64,000 nt of DNA, taken from assembly GCA_002189035.1 (NCBI GenBank), contig NEEC01000002.1, positions 3,534,001 through 3,598,000 on the forward strand. Reading direction: 5' to 3'. The notes below the pieces were generated by a model. That model worked only from the letters and a program-made list of their open reading frames with translations, searched no databases and was not told the origin of the DNA. The stretch is from Utricularia gibba. Lineage: Eukaryota > Plantae > Magnoliophyta. Of the stretch, positions 22,140 to 37,140 are shown in pieces. A program made the translations under genes and the position numbers. Within the stretch, counting starts at the first letter, position 1. Every line of letters begins with the position of its first letter.

Positions 22140-25100
22140 TCTGATGAGATTACCTAACATTGACTGACTCATTATCAAATCAATACTCCCTCGTGATGAG
22201 GTAATTTTGAATTCTTCGGGCCTTCATGGAAACTAGGGTTCTCCTTCCGATCCATTAGAGATCGAATATAACAAAATTACTTTGGGTAGAGTAGCTTTGT
22301 CAAGATATCCGCAATTTGGTCTTCTTAAGGTAGATATTCGAGCCTTATCTCCTGGTTCTTGACATAATCTCGTATCACATGGAATTTGATCTAAATATGC
22401 TTGCTCTTTCCGAATTGAATAAGATTCTTAGCCATGCTAATTGTTGACTTATTGTCAACCATGAGTGGTGTAGGGTTGATTTCTTCAACTCTTAAATATG
22501 ACAGAATTTTTTGTATCCAAATAAAATGATTTGTCGTTGCAGAAACCATCATATATTCAGCTTCAATTGAGGGTGGTGCGATCACTTTTTGTTTTTTGCT
22601 ACTCCATGTTATAGTTGTGTCTCCAATCATAAATAGATATCCACTCATTGATTTGAGATCCTTATTGTCTCCTGCAAAATCATTATTAGCATAATGCTTT
22701 AGGTCTAAGTCAGTATTTCTGTGAAAGAGCAATCAATGATTTATCGTACTCCTTATGTACTTTAAAATTTTCAAAGCACTCTCACGATAATTTTGATGTG
22801 GCATGGTCATGAACCTCAACAGTAGACTTACTGAAAAAGCTATGTTTGGTCTGGTCATTAAAGATACATATGTGCCTCAATTACACTTCTGTAAATTGAT
22901 TATTGTATTAAATTTCTAGGATCATCAATCGTTCTTTCTAGGATTGCATCTATCGAAGCTAACTTACAATCTTGTGAAGTAGATATAGATAATGCTTTCC
23001 TTTATCAAAGTTTGGATCTCATTATCCATTTCTTAGAGTATTTTGTTTGTGGTAGAAAGTCTTTGATTTGCGTAATTTCCAAGAAGTACCTTATTTCTTC
23101 AAGATCTAACATTTAGAAGGTATTCATGAAGTTTTCCATTTGTTTTTCAATTACATCTTCATCATCTTCACTTATCAATATATCATCCACATACAATGAG
23201 ATTATAACCATTTTTAAGTTTTCTGTTTCTAATATGTACTTCTGAAATCTTGTTCTTCATGAGATTCATACTTCTTGAAAATGGGCATCGATTTTGCTAT
23301 GCCACTCTCTTGAGGCTTACTTTATTAAATATAATGTCTTTTGCAATAGTAACACTAATAGCACATAATTTTTAGTGTTTTAGAATTAGAAAATGAATAA
23401 TATTATGCTATAAAATTAAGAGTTTATCTAGTCTTTCTATATTTTTGTGTTTGTTTACATATTTTAGTCTCAATCTTTGTTTTAATCATTTTTTTTTTAG
23501 CAATGCAACATATTTTAAGTAATGCAAATCCCAAGGAGCCTAAATTGCATAGTGAATGTGGCAGAAATTGAGGATAAAGAGAAAGAAAAACAAAGATACA
23601 AAATCCAAGGAGAGGACAAAAGAGAGAAAAATATCTCTCCTTTATGGAACACGAAACACAATTTTGGAGGGGAGAGCTGGAAAGAAAATTGCAGAAGAAC
23701 CATGAAAAAGAGAGACGAACCAGACATCAAGCCTACTTTTGAAGATTTACTTAGTTATTTAGTAATATTACTCCCAGGCTAGAGTAGATCAAAAACATCA
23801 TTTCAATGTTTTGTTGAAAACTATTTTGATTTTGAGTTGATGTTTACCTTTTATTTGTTGAGCTGTGACATGAATATGTAGATAATAATCTTCCATGCAT
23901 TAGTTTTATTTTCCTTTGTTATGAATAACTAAGCATCAAATGGTGTCTTAGAACAAAGAGGGGTAACATGTTTATTGTTCATTAAACCACATTTACCACA
24001 AAATTACACTATTTCTTTAACAAACTATGATAGATTCAGGAAGGGAATGTAGTGATACTCATCACAAACAACCTTAATTAGAGGTAGATCACATATTAGG
24101 GGAAGTCAAGGGTTTAGGTATACTTGAACCTTTTTTTTAGGTAAATAATTTTTGGTTTGGATAGGATAACTATAATAATTAGCATACTACTCTTGGGAGT
24201 CCCATGGCATCAACTCATTTCTTTCTAGGTAACAACTGAGTTTACTAGTTTATTACTTTGTTTTATTGTATGTTATCGTAAAACTGAATTAGTTTTAGCT
24301 TATACGTAATCTTCAACCATGAAAAAATTTGAATGCATTAACTTTCACATAGCAAGCACAAAACTCCTCGTGTACGACTCTAATTCACTATGCTCATATT
24401 TTTTTTATAATAAAGTATGTATTAGGTTTATAAATTTATTTGATAGGAAGAATTTACATTTTTAACGACATTTGCAAATTTTTCATTTTTCAAACACTTT
24501 ATCTTCATGTCCTTCTTTCAAAAAGACGGGTGTTTGCAAAATGTATATCTCCTCATTCAGTCATCCATTGAAAAACGCAGATTTCACATCAAGATGATAG
24601 ATCTTCCCATTTTTGCAAGCCATTAAACTGATCAAAATCTTTATTATGTCTAACCTTGCAATAGGTGCGAAAATTTCAATGTAGTCAATTCATTCCCTTT
24701 GTGAATAATCCTTAGTTACAAGCATTGCTTTCAATTTGTTGATATTTCCATCTAAGTTTAATTTGGTTTGAAAGATCCACTTAACTCCAATAACCTTTTT
24801 GTGGCCTATCTACTAGTTTCCATGTGTTGTTCTTATTTATCATGGCTAGCTCAATTTCCATAGCTGCTTTCTTGCCTAAATGTTGTAATGTTTGATTTAA
24901 GGTTTTTGGTTCCTTGATCATCAAACATCTTCGATAAGTGTTTGATAATTTATTCTCACCTTGTTTAGGAAAATCATCATTGCTATAACTCCTCTATTGA
25001 CTACTTTCTTTGGGTTATGAGTTTCATTTACTCTAAATTAAGGCTTCAAATTATTCAATAGGCTCTTTAGGTTGTTTAAGAAACTCTTCAATCTGGTCAT

Positions 25101-26559
25101 CTACTGTGACCGTTGCCTTTGTGGTGTTGGTCGGTATATTCCTCTTATTATTTTGCTCATCATGAGTGAAGTGTAATTCTTGTCTTTCCAATACTTCATT
25201 TTCACCATCTTCTGTTTTTTTTTCGTTACTTTCAACATTCTAATATGATTCATGACTTCTATTTTAATTCGGATATGATTTTGGCCCCGATATATCAACG
25301 TTCTCTTGACTTGGGTGATTTTTTTCAAATGTGATGTCTTCAATTAGTGGAAAATCTGGAAATAGGTTGAAGATAGTTCTTTGATTTTGCACTAATTTTG
25401 TATGACTTAAGTTATAATTTGAGTTCTCAACTAATCAAATACCACGTCTCTACTTATTGTTATCTTCATCTTGATAAATCTAGTACTTTATATCCCTTTG
25501 TTTATCACTATATCAATTAGATTGTCATTAAATTGAAAGCCTATAGAAAAGATTCTACACTCAACCAAAGATGAGATTTAAGATTATAAATATATGCTAT
25601 AGAAACCTCCATCAAAGATGAGATTTAATCCTTTTGAGGTAAGATGTTCAACATTTAGAAGATTGTGGAAGGCTTTTGGTACACTCTTATATCTTTAGTG
25701 TAAAATTGCATATTTCTAGTTGTATGATTTCTACTCCATGTACTTGTATCAGTCTTCCATCAGCTACTTCTATTGATTTTCCGATCAATGGCTTATAGCT
25801 TATAAAAACATTGAATTGATAGGTTAATTGGTTACTATATCCACTATTTATGAGGCACATTTCTTTGCTTGTGATATCATTCATTGTTGAGAATATGGTA
25901 TTTTTGTGCAAGGTGTAAATATCGATAACTTTCTTAGCATTATAAAAATAGTATAAACTATTCAATGCAATGATTTTATTCTTACTTGTCATCCCCTTTC
26001 CATGCAATTGTTTTGTATCTTTTCTTGCATACTCTTTCAATGTGACCATTTTCCTTGCAGAAGTTAAAGATTTTATTCGGATAGTAGAAGCAATTTGATG
26101 CAGGATGATTCTTCTACTTGCAGTGCGGGCACACAGGGTATACTCTTTTCTTTTCAATCTTCAGATAAAACTTTGCTTGAAATGTTTGCTCAATTTCATC
26201 CTGCACTTCATATGTCTCTTGAACTTGCTCAAAGTTATAGGGTGCATTCAATAGTTTTGCATAGCTGTATGTGGTAAGGAGACGAGTTATAGATAACATT
26301 CCAATATATGCTCTGAACACTTCAAGACGAGAGTATGCCATTACTAGAGAAGTGGGCTTATGTAGCCCATGGGCAAGCTTTGACATGTGTTCACTTTATG
26401 GAAAATGTAAGAATTTCATACCAGATCACAATCAAGCCATCATATTTACAAGGAAAAAGTGCAAAAACAAGTAGCACATGAGGTTGATCATAGATTTCAA
26501 CATTTGACATCTCATAATGGTATGCTTCAAGTTCAAGAAGAGGCGAATCCAATTCTCAT
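22140..26559 (-). mobile_element. Decayed Ty1/Copia body (gag with zinc knuckle, RT, RNase H)
   Basis: RNase H (DFAGD..KSMSGYLF..TWSSKKQKV..EAEY..VDNKSTISMAKN..SKHI) at 22391-22732. RT pieces at about 22750-23350 and 24498-24900 (GHEDKVLLLQKTLY once the LTR insertion is removed). gag/CCHC at about 26000-26550. Confidence 0.8.
23356..24492 (+). mobile_element. Gypsy-type solo LTR (family A) inserted in the Copia RT
   Basis: Perfect TSD AACAC (23351-23355 and 24493-24497). Ends are TA (eroded TG)...CA. Removing it restores the RT reading frame. Confidence 0.85.
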
Positions 26560-29400
26560 TGTTGCGTGTCGTTTTCTCAATAAATTTTAAATGTATAAAA
26601 CGTAAAATACAAAAGAGCATAATACGAGTATCGATCTCAAGGAGTTGTTTTTCGTGAAAAGTGTTTTGTAAGATACTTCTACAAATTGTCACGGTTTTGT
26701 ATAAGGGGATTTGTGAAATGCAGAAATGAAAGACAGAACCTAAGTGATGGGCGTTGACTACGGGACGCAGTTCCTGGGAATGAGATTCCATCTCCTTCCT
26801 CTATCCATCCTTGCCTTGGTATTTATTGATTTCTTTCGAATAACTGGTTATAGGAGCAAGGAATAGCCTATTCTTCCTTACACTCTGATTGACAAGGAGG
26901 CATGGAAATAGCCTCATGTGATCCCCCCTTGGACGATAAAAAGACAAGAGGATTGTCTTCGATTGCCTTCAAAACCGAATTGCGCGCGTGTGCCTAACTG
27001 TTGCCAATGGCCAGTGGCAGGCTCCACAACCTGTCCACTGTCATGGTACCTAGGCCACAAGCAATCCGCTACTTCTCTCGAACCGGTAGGGTTGGAGTTG
27101 GTGCTCTTCACCTTGATCATCACCAAAATCCGCGACGAGTGGCCTGCTTCTTATGGACCTTCACTAGGAGTTGTTACAGAAAGACTACAACAAGATGCAT
27201 GGAAGTATGCAAAATCCAGAATGAATTCAGTGAAGTACCGGTGTATTGCTCAAGACTTGGAAGTAAACTTCATATGCTCTCAAAAACTAATGGGTTTTAG
27301 TCACAAAGGGCCATGAAAACAGAAATGAAATTACAAACGAAGTGTTCTTACTCCTTGGAGGGGAGGAAGAACTCAAAAGTTCTAAGTCTAGAAAGAAAGG
27401 TTGAAAAGTTCCTAAAATAAGTGCTCCAAGTTGATTTTATATCATTCCCCACGTGCATTAACTCTTTTTAGTCCTCTTCCCATCATTCCTTCTATTGTGC
27501 GTGCACCAGCAGCTTTCCTTTGTGTGCAAGTTAGCGCCCAATCATTTATGCAGACTTTGACATGCCGTAAGTCAGGGCTGTTGACCAGTGTTAGTCTTAC
27601 GTTCACAATTTTCCAAGTCGTGTGCAAGGCACGAAAAGTCAGAGTCTAACCACTTGCAATACTCCTGCAATACTCCAAGATTGCCTTCTGACATGTCTCG
27701 GTCAAAGTGTACGAAAAAGACAAAGAAAACATATAGAAAATAGGAAAATATGATTTTTCTAGGAAAATCAATTACTTATCAATATAATTCCTAATTGGGT
27801 GACTTAATACATAATTAACACATAATAATACCTAATAAATAACTAGAAAATGAGACTTAACATATTCTCCCACACTTAAATCATGTTTGTCCTCAAATAT
27901 GAAAATCATAGCAATCCACGCAAAAGGGCAGAACCTAAATCATGATACATCACTAAGGCACATTCATCCTACAACAGGTATCTACTCCAATTCTTTTCCT
28001 ATCCTTCAATCAATTTAAGGCAAGCCACTTAAGTTCGCATGCATCAAATAAAGACTTAACCAATGACTACTTATACACTAAGGCTGTGTTTGGTAATAAG
28101 GATAACATGGGATATCCAGCATCTTGGATAATAATGACATGTTTGGTAATTGGGAGCAATTTTTTTCGGGATACTTTTTTACTCTCTACAAAGCATAAAA
28201 TTATCCTCATCAACACCCTCCTTATTTTTCTCCTTCAACCCGGAGAAATTTATACCGATATAATCTATACCAGTATTGCTATCAAAGTAAATAAAAGCAA
28301 AGGACATATACTATAGTGACTCAAGATCTTTTTCTCTCTTTTTATTTTTGAAAGACGTCCCCGCTCTGGGGAAGAATGTTTGGATTACGAAACCTTATAT
28401 ATGGTGTTAACCACGGTTTCGTCAAACATCATTACCTTTGGCACCTCTAATATTTTTTTCTCTTTTTTTTCATGTATTTTTTTTTCAGTCTCGGTCTGGT
28501 CACTATAGGAGCAGCAAAAATTTATTCACAACATAATATATACAAGGAATGAAAATGAAGTCATAGCCACAGTATAGTCTTTCCTAAATCATGCAAAAAA
28601 ACCTTGATATCTAGAAAGAAAAATAATTGAAGTATTTTCCTAGCAACAAGGAATTCATGAACCTAAGCATGATCAATCCTAGAAATTCTAGCTTTATTCA
28701 TTAAAGCAAATGTACTTGAGTAGCATAGTGGGGATTTCTCACTAAAAGAAAACATAAGGGAAAACAAAACATGAAGCACTAAAAACAGAAAAAATTCAAC
28801 ATAGTTTAACACGTAAGTCCTAATGCCCAGAAAATACTAGAAAATAAAAAGAAACATAAACTCCTCCCCACACTTAATTTTGAGAATGTCCTCATCATCA
28901 AGTGCAGCGAAGGGTACCTTAGTCATGGGGGATTCCAGAGTGAAGCAGTAGTCATAAGAGTGTCCAGCTTCGTGGAAAGCGTAGAAACTTGTTCTTGGTG
29001 ACTCTAAATAGCTAGCGGAAGGGTGTGCTTGGTGGGGCTTGAGGGTGCAGTGCTCAAAGGAATGTCTGTTGGTGCACCGTATGGGTTCACACTCGAGGGA
29101 GGCATGAAAATGATGGTACTCTTGGTACCCGCTTGCACAAAGACTGCCTTCCTTTCAACCTCCTTAAAAATTGGTTGGCATCATTCTAATTTTTTTAATA
29201 AGATTGAAGCTCTAAATCCTATGTTACATATAAAAAAAAAATTACTGGTCCCAATGAGCCATGTGAAAGAAGTCGTGTAGCCTCCAATCTTCAACCTTGA
29301 AGCAAGTTCCTTCAAAAGGAATTTGAGTGAATACAAAGATTCCGACTATTTATTTAAAAAATTTGGTATATTAATTGTTTCTTACATCTCTAACCTATAG
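26560..29400 (-). mobile_element. 3' half of an Athila-type Gypsy element (3' LTR 26560-27862, PPT, 3' non-coding region)
   Basis: LTR TGTTGCGTGTCG...GACTTAACA. The PPT is the reverse complement of TATTCTCCCACACTT (27863-27877), with a second PPT-like motif at about 28861-28876. The right boundary is approximate. Confidence 0.75.
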
Positions 29401-32400
29401 ATCAAAGAGACAGTTTTCTAATTGTTGATTATGTATGGAAAGATACCATAGATCTACACTAATTTTCTATTGATTTTTTGAAGTGTGCTTTCCATCTCTT
29501 ATTTTTTATGCATCTTTTCTAGAAATAGTAGTTAGGCATGTATGCCACCTCTCAGTATTCATTTATTGATTGTCTTCATTATTATATCATTTTAGATATA
29601 ATTCTTCATTTATGTCTAGTCTGCTTAGGCAGAGCACAGTCTTCTCATTAAAATCAACACCATGATGGCTGACTTTATACAATATGCAGCCAAAAACTGT
29701 CGTAATTACATAAACAACCAATGACGACGCATGTGGAGTAACATAACCCATAGTCCTTCAGCTTCAAGTACAACAATGGTAAAAAAGAATAGATTCTTTG
29801 ATATATGTTTATAGAGCACATCATGCTCTATAGAAACCTTGGATTGCCAATGAACTAACCAAGGAAACATGATGCAACACCAATGAGAGGGGAGACAAGT
29901 AGAATTAATTAGAAGGTAACGTATGGAAAACAGAGAGAACCTAATTATAACTAAGTTGCAATGAAAATGACCTTTTTATACTCTAGTGGCAAAACAATTA
30001 TCTAGAGATTTCTTGCACCAAAACAAAATTTTTTTTAAGACTTCAACAACACAAGTATTTTTCAATTCATAACCTATTAAGATACTTTAATCTTGGTCAA
30101 CAGAATAATAATACATATTCTCCAATTACTCTTGAAAAAAATCTTCGGAGCTTCAGTTGTTCTAGGATACAAGTTATCATGATAATTAACATCTAGAAGA
30201 AAATGTAAATGTTGTTCCACTTAATCAATTAAAGGAAGTGGAATAATTCAAGTAATTAGAATGAACTCATGATGATGAAAGCTATGATTAGATGAAAATG
30301 CAAAAGACTCCAAACTCAGTGGTCACATTCCAACAATTGGATTTTGGACCTATGAATATCCGAATTCAACTTTCTTTTGAGTAATTAGTTACACTGTCTT
30401 TAAAAATAAGAAACTTCTCATAATTTCAAGTCTTTAATATCCAAAGCCTTTTCATTCTACATTTATTCTACTCAAAATCCAAATTAGTAACATGGTGAAC
30501 TCGATGTGCAGTGGCATTTTGGTGCAATGATTGTAAAATACTCTCCGTTTTTCATTCTGCTCCATCTTTCATTGTTATCCTTCCAGCATCTTAGACCTTA
30601 AACATGAGTTTCTTAGAAAGTCCACCCATGTTTGATAGCCAAAATTACAAAGTATGGGCCAAACTCATGGAAGATTATTTTGATTTGCATGATTTGTGGA
30701 GTGCATTTGAAGGATCATCTAGCTTTGAGTCAGAGTAGACCAAGAAACTAGTTAAAAAGGCTAAAGTGATGTTGGGAAGAGTTGTTACTGTTAAAGTATA
30801 CAAAAGGATTTTGTTGTACATTGGTCCTAAAGAAACATAAGATATATTGAAGTAGATTTACAGAAAAGATCAACACTAATAGAAAAAAGACAACCTTGGA
30901 ATTGCTTTGAAAGTCTTTCATCATCACCGAGTATAACAATTTCACAATTTTTTGAATAACTAACAAATATTGTTTCACGCTTCAACTCATGGGAGAAAAG
31001 ATAGATGATGAGAGGATTGAGCTGGTTGTTTTGCTCCTATTGCCAATCAGGTTACTTGGACAAGTGTGTTCTCTAAAGAAGTATCATCAAGTAGGAGGAA
31101 AGAGAATTGAGTTAATGGAAAATATAGCAAATATGCTAAACAATGTAATGATTTATAAGTATTCTAATAAGAACTTTTAACTTTACACATTGTGCCATAA
31201 TACCTTAATTACTACCTTCATTGACTTAATAAAGCAAGGAGTTTGGGTGACATACATTGGGGGTCTTTTGTTTCACTTATAAATAACTTAATCAAGCTAT
31301 TAGTAAACTTATTAAATGAGTGTTTTATTTAACTTATAAATTATGATTTACAAGTTAATTACAAGTAGTATTTTAAAAGTAGGTATATAGTTATTTAATT
31401 GTAACTTAAATGAAAAAAGTCTTATGAAATTACTTATATGCCCTTATATTACAATATAAAACGATGAAAATTTTTCTTAAAACATTTCTCCATCGACTTG
31501 TTTGTGAAGGTTTGTGGTGAGTTTCTAGTTTAGATTTTCTTGAGAGGTTATAAAGGTAATATTTCAGTATACGAAATAAGTGTTTATTCAAATGTGAAAA
31601 TTGTTTGAAATTGATGTTTAATTATACACGAAATTTAGTATCATTTGTGATTTGGGGATACTTTTAAGGTTTGAGTTTTGTATTAGAACATAATATCCAA
31701 TTCATTTATTTTCATTTTTATATGTTATTTATAGGAGTTTTGTATTAAAACACATCATCTAATTCGTTTGTTTTTACCTTTACATCACGAGAGGGATCTT
31801 TTTTTTTTGTGGGTCAAAGCCTATACTTATGTTTTATATTTGTGAATCCCTTTTCAGTGCACTAAAATTCTTAGGTCTATCTTTTATTTTAAGCTTTGAT
31901 CATTCATCAAGTTAATTTTCTTCGAAACACAGAATCTCAAGCATGTTCTTTTCTATTTCCAATGTTTTTTTAATGGTGGGAGCAATTGATCTAAGGGCTG
32001 GGTTTTTTTTCTTGATATTGTGCGTGGTTGCTTCTGCAGGGAGACATGGGTTTCATTGATGCATAACTTTCCAATCCAGTAGTACTTCTTCTTTTTGACT
32101 TTCGTTGCTGCAATCTCACATTTTGGGTAACTTGTTGCCTAAAAAGTTGTGATCTTTATGCTCCTTGTCTATGTGATTTAATGATGCCATTGGCTTATTT
32201 TGTTGTATGCATTCATGAAAATCTTCTATATTTTTGTGATTATTGTGCATGGAATGCAATTGTTTGAAGGCAAATGGAGATTTCTTGGATCTTGCTTTGA
32301 AGGTGAAATGTTTTGTTCATGGGATGTTTTAGAATGCAATAAATATAATTAATAATTTATAAAAGCTTGTTAAATAAAAATAGTCATTAGCTTATTGTAA

Positions 32401-32588
32401 GTTTTGTTAATTGATGGTAGAATTTTTAATTTTAGTATTTTTTTTGTTTTGATATATACTAGATCCTAGAAATTTTATTTTTATATGTGCAATTTTGTTA
32501 GGTTATCATTTGTTGAAAATTTATTTGAGCTAATATTAGATGTTTATAGTTAAATGATATAGTAATCATTTTTGAAAATAGGGAACAC

Positions 32589-33460
32589 ATGGATAATCAA
32601 GGACCATCTTCGCCTACCTCTAGTGCTAATTGGGATGAAAATGCGACTCGTCTATTTTTTGAAGCTTGTGCACATCATGTTTATACAAACAATATGCTTG
32701 TAATATGTTTCAATTCTCAAGGGTGGCATGGGATTTCAAAAGAGTTCAATGAAAGGATGGGCTATCGTTATATGATGAAATAGTTGAAGAATAAATTCAA
32801 TACAATGAAAAAAGATTGGTCAATATGCATTCGGCTTCAAAAGGCAACTGAAAGTGGTTGGGATGACAACTTGGGAATCAAAACTGGAACAGATATTTGA
32901 TGGTCAAGAATGATTAAGGTAATTTGGATTTATTTGCACTTATGTATAAATGATAAATGCATTATAACTCAATTATTTTGTATTTTATAAGAGATACCAA
33001 GATGCAAAAAATTCAAGACCAATCCACCTATTTATTCTGACTTGCAAAGTGTTATTTTCACACCAGTGACTACAACAACTAATTCAGCATGGAATATCGG
33101 AAATGGCAAGGTCCCTCCATGAGCACCTTATCATACGTTGGCTAGAATTGATAGCTCTATTAATGATAGAGATGCATCAGTTGACTTAGACAGCATAAAT
33201 ATTTAAGATGATGACTTTTTCAACAATATTGATATTGGAAGAAGTGAACAACCATCATTTTTTGATAGTCCACAACAGATATATTACTATCCAAATTATT
33301 GTAGTATTATATGAATCTACTTCTAATCCATTAAAGTTAAGGGAAGTATGAAAGTTGGTGCGAGCATTGCTAATGTGGGAAACAAACGTCAAAGAAGAAC
33401 CAAAAAAGAAACAGGAGAAAAGTTGGCTGAGTCAATTGTTGCTTTAACAATCAATTAAAG
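32589..33460 (+). pseudogene. Harbinger Myb/SANT-like ORF1
   Basis: ANWDENATRLFFEAC..FNSQGWHGISKEFNER.G..*LKNKFNTMKKDW..L.K.T..GWDD, with stops. Confidence 0.75.
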
Positions 33461-34099
33461 AGTAGATGTTATTCATCTGTGCTTAAAAAAACCAAAGGTA
33501 CCCTGGATTATAGAGTGCTTAGACATAGTGAGGGGAATTTCAGAAGCATGAGAGCATCCAAGTATATTTGGAACTGCTACATTTGCATTTCGCAAGACTG
33601 TTTATTGTGAAGCTTTTATGAGTATGACAAGTAATAAAGAAAGGTTGGTGTTTATCAGAGTATATAATAGTACTAATATAAACTAGTTTTCTTTTAATAT
33701 TAGTGGGTGAATTTTAAATATAGTAAGAACATCGTTTTATTTAAAGTTGAACCATTTCATGTGGATCCTTGACTGAATTTGCTTTTATGTGACAACTTCA
33801 TGTGCTTTTATGCATCAATTCTATGTAATTTTCTGCATCAATTCCATATGCTTTAATAGCTGTATTTTCTTTTCAACGATAGTTGCATATGAGTTTCTGC
33901 AACTATTGCATGTGATTTCTTACAAAGATTCCACCTTTTTCATCTATAAATTTGTGGCTATACATCATTTTCAAACACAATGCATAAATGTCTTCTTCCA
34001 ACAACTCTTCTTCACATATTGATAATTCTAAAGATAAAGGTGAGACTCCAAATGCTGAAATAGTCTCTATTATAGCAACACTAGTACAATCTAGCTATT

Positions 34100-37000
34100 C
34101 AGAGCTGCATGGTAAAATAATTTTGAATTTTACTAATGTGCTTTTGTAAGAATGCCTTGTCAAGGTAGAGAGTTATCCGGAGCTGCATGGCTAAAGGGTA
34201 TACTAGAAGGTCACTAGATTTTCTCATATCAACTACTTCAAATGTAACGAGAAATATTTCATAGGTTATGTAGTGTTCTATATGAATGCTATGGTCTAAT
34301 AGCCACACGTACAATCTCTATTGAGGAACAAGTGACGACGTTTCTCTTGGCAATGAGTTTGAAATGTAGTAATTGTTTGCTCCAAGAATGGTTCCAACGT
34401 ATAGGATATACTGTAAGTCAAAGTTTTCATGCAATTCTTCATGCTTGTGCAAATATGGCCTTTGAATTTATAGTTCCAACGAGTGATAAGTTGACTTCAC
34501 TTGCAAAAATAAGAAACGATTCATGATTTTGGCCTCATTTTCAAGATGTGGTTGTGCCATTGATGGTACTCATATTCTTGCGAGAATCAGAAAAGAAGAT
34601 AGATGTCCCTTTTTTGGTCATTACCATGAAGCCACACAGAATATTTTGGCAGTATGCGACTTTAATATGCTGTTAATCTTTATAGCTTTAATGTTAAGTG
34701 TCATTTTCTAGTTATTATTATGTGCAAATTTGGTATTAAATTGCCCAAATTAGGAGTCTTATTGTTAAGTATTTGATTTTATTAGTAAATCCCTATTTTT
34801 GTATTTTATATATATTTTGTTATCTTTTTTCATGCACTTTTCACCCAAAATGTCAGGAAACTTGTAGGAGGTCAGACACTGACATTTCGTACCTTGCACG
34901 CAACTTGGAACAATTGTGGGCGGAAGACTAACACTAGTCAAGGCCTTTGACTTACAGCATGTCAAATTATGCAGCAATGATTGGACGCTTAATTACACGC
35001 ATGAAAAAATTGGTGGCTCACACAAGACAGGAAGAATGATGGGAAGAGGAGCAGTTAAAGTTAATGCACATGGGGAGTGAGATAAAACCAACTTGGAACA
35101 ATCTCTTTCGGACTTTTGACACTTACTTTTCGCACTTTGAACTTTTGGTTGTTTCTCTCCCCCAAGAGAGGAAGAACACCTTAGCTTTCCATTTTGTTTT
35201 CTATTTTCATGATCCTTTTTGGCTAAAAGCCTTTAGTTTCTGGGAGTAGATAAAGTTTCCTTCCAAGTCTGGAGCACTAATCTCGGTTCTTTGCTAAATT
35301 CATTCCAGATTTTGCATATCTCCACGCATCTTGTTGTAGTCTTTCTGTAACCACTCCTAGTCACGGTCCATAAGTAGCCAGCCACTTCTCGTGGATTTTG
35401 ATGAAAATCAAGATGAAGAGCACCATCTCAAACCCTACTAGTTCGAGGGAAGTAGCGAATTGTTTGTGACCAAAGTACCATGACAATGGATAGGTAGTAA
35501 CCTCATACCTCTTACTAGTCATTGGCAACAATTAGACACACGTGCAAAATTCGGTTTTGAAGGCAATCGATGTCAATCCTCTTGTCTTCTCAATCATCCA
35601 AGGGGGAATCACATGAGGCTATTCTCGTGTAAGGAAGAGTAGGCTATTCCTTACTCCTATAACCAACTATTCTGAAGGAATCAGTGAAAGCCGAGGCAAG
35701 GATAAACAAAAGGAGGAAATGAAGTCCATTTCCCAAGAACTGCAACCCTTAGTCAAGATCCATCACTTGCATTGTAACTTTTATTTCTATATTTCAAAAA
35801 TCCTCTTTTACAAACCCGTGACAAATTGTAAAAGTTTTCTACAGAACACTTTTCGCAAAACTGAACTCCCTGAGATCGACACTCATACTACGCTCTTTTG
35901 TATTTTATGTTTTTCATATTTAAAATTTGTTGAGAAAACAACACGCAACAAATTTTTGGCGCCGTTGCCGTGGAGTTGTGTATTTTTGTGTTTAGTGTTG
36001 TGTATAGTTTTTCTTTTTCTTTTCTTTTTCTTCCTTTCTTCTTGTTTTTCTTTTTTTTCCATTTTATTGTTGTTTTTCTCTATTTTTATGCATTCAGCTC
36101 CATTGAAGGGCTACTGAAGCTTGAGATCATACCGAGAAATCTTATGCCCCTTAGATTCGGAGATTGAGCACACATTTCTGTCGAAAAAGGGAGAATTAAT
36201 TTCTAATTCATCTATTGACGAAGAAATGACCGCTCAACCACCTATTGGAGTCCCCATTGTTCATGGAGAACATGAGCAACATCATCCTCAAATTTTTCCA
36301 GTTCTACCAATCACTAATCATAGCCCAGCACTAAGGACTGTAAAAGAAGAAATCACCGCCAACCATGCTGACAGACCACTTTGTATCATCTTTGATGTGG
36401 AAGTGGACTTTGAGCTACGCCCATATTTATTCCAGACACTTTCTAAGTTCGCTGGTTGAGAGAATGACGACCCAAATCGTCACCTTAGAGAGTTGCACAT
36501 GATTTGTGCATCCATGCGCCCAAAAGGTGCAACGAAGAACGAAGTCAAGCTGCGGGTCTTCCTTTTCACTTTCATTGAGCGAGACCTAGAGTGACTGAAC
36601 TACCACCATCCTCTATTGCTACCTGGGAGCAAATGGTTCAGAAATTTCTTAATCGATATGCATAATTTTGGGTATATGAATAATACCTAGAATCATTCAC
36701 TGAGATAGCATTTGCTACCTTAGAGCGAATGCTACCTTGCTGATTCTAGGTATATGAATAATACATTTTTTTGACACCATATAGAGGTCAAAGGTACCAT
36801 CTGGAAGAGTTTCGTGCTAATCCATGGGTTAGAAATCCTATAAACATGTATAATTATCAACACTCTTCACTGCGTTTTGTAATTGAGAGATATCTTGGTG
36901 TATGTAAGGCAAAATTTGACATGGTTAACAAACCTCCTTGGGGATTTTCATGGTAAGATCAAGTGCTTATTGTACCATCAATTATGTCAGTTTGCAATTT

Positions 37001-37140
37001 TATCAAGAGAGTTGATGCAAATGATCCGAGTTTCTTACATTTTGAAACTAATAATTGGACTCCACCATATAATCCTCAAACAATTCTACCAGCAGCAAAG
37101 TTTTTGCATCCTCAACTAAGATGGATATATGAATGCCTTA
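34100..37140 (+). pseudogene. Harbinger DDE transposase, split by the Athila insertion
   Basis: EEQVTTFL..LLQEWFQR.GYTVSQSFHAILHA and CGCAIDGTHI..QNILAVCDFNM before 34692. LADS.Y..LTPYRGQRYHL..NYQHSSLRFVIERYLGVCKAKF after about 36730. Confidence 0.8.
34692..36660 (+). mobile_element. 5' half of an Athila-type element (5' LTR 34692-35950, PBS, gag start)
   Basis: TGTTAAGTGTC...ACACGCAACA followed by AATTTTTGGCGCCGTTGCCG, the Athila-type PBS. gag FELRPYLFQTLSKFAG*ENDDPNRHLRELHMIC..VKLRVF at about 36250-36660. Confidence 0.85.

Noticed and set aside
23340-24476. TTTGCA as the TSD of the solo LTR in the Copia RT
   Set aside because: Comparison with the copy at 49183-50494 shows the LTR extends to 24492. 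The real TSD is AACAC, which also restores the RT frame.
26560-36660. Idea that the minus 3' Athila half and the plus 5' Athila half are one element split by an inversion
   Set aside because: The flanks do not form a TSD (TTTAA vs ATGAG) and the two LTRs are visibly diverged, so these are independent insertions.
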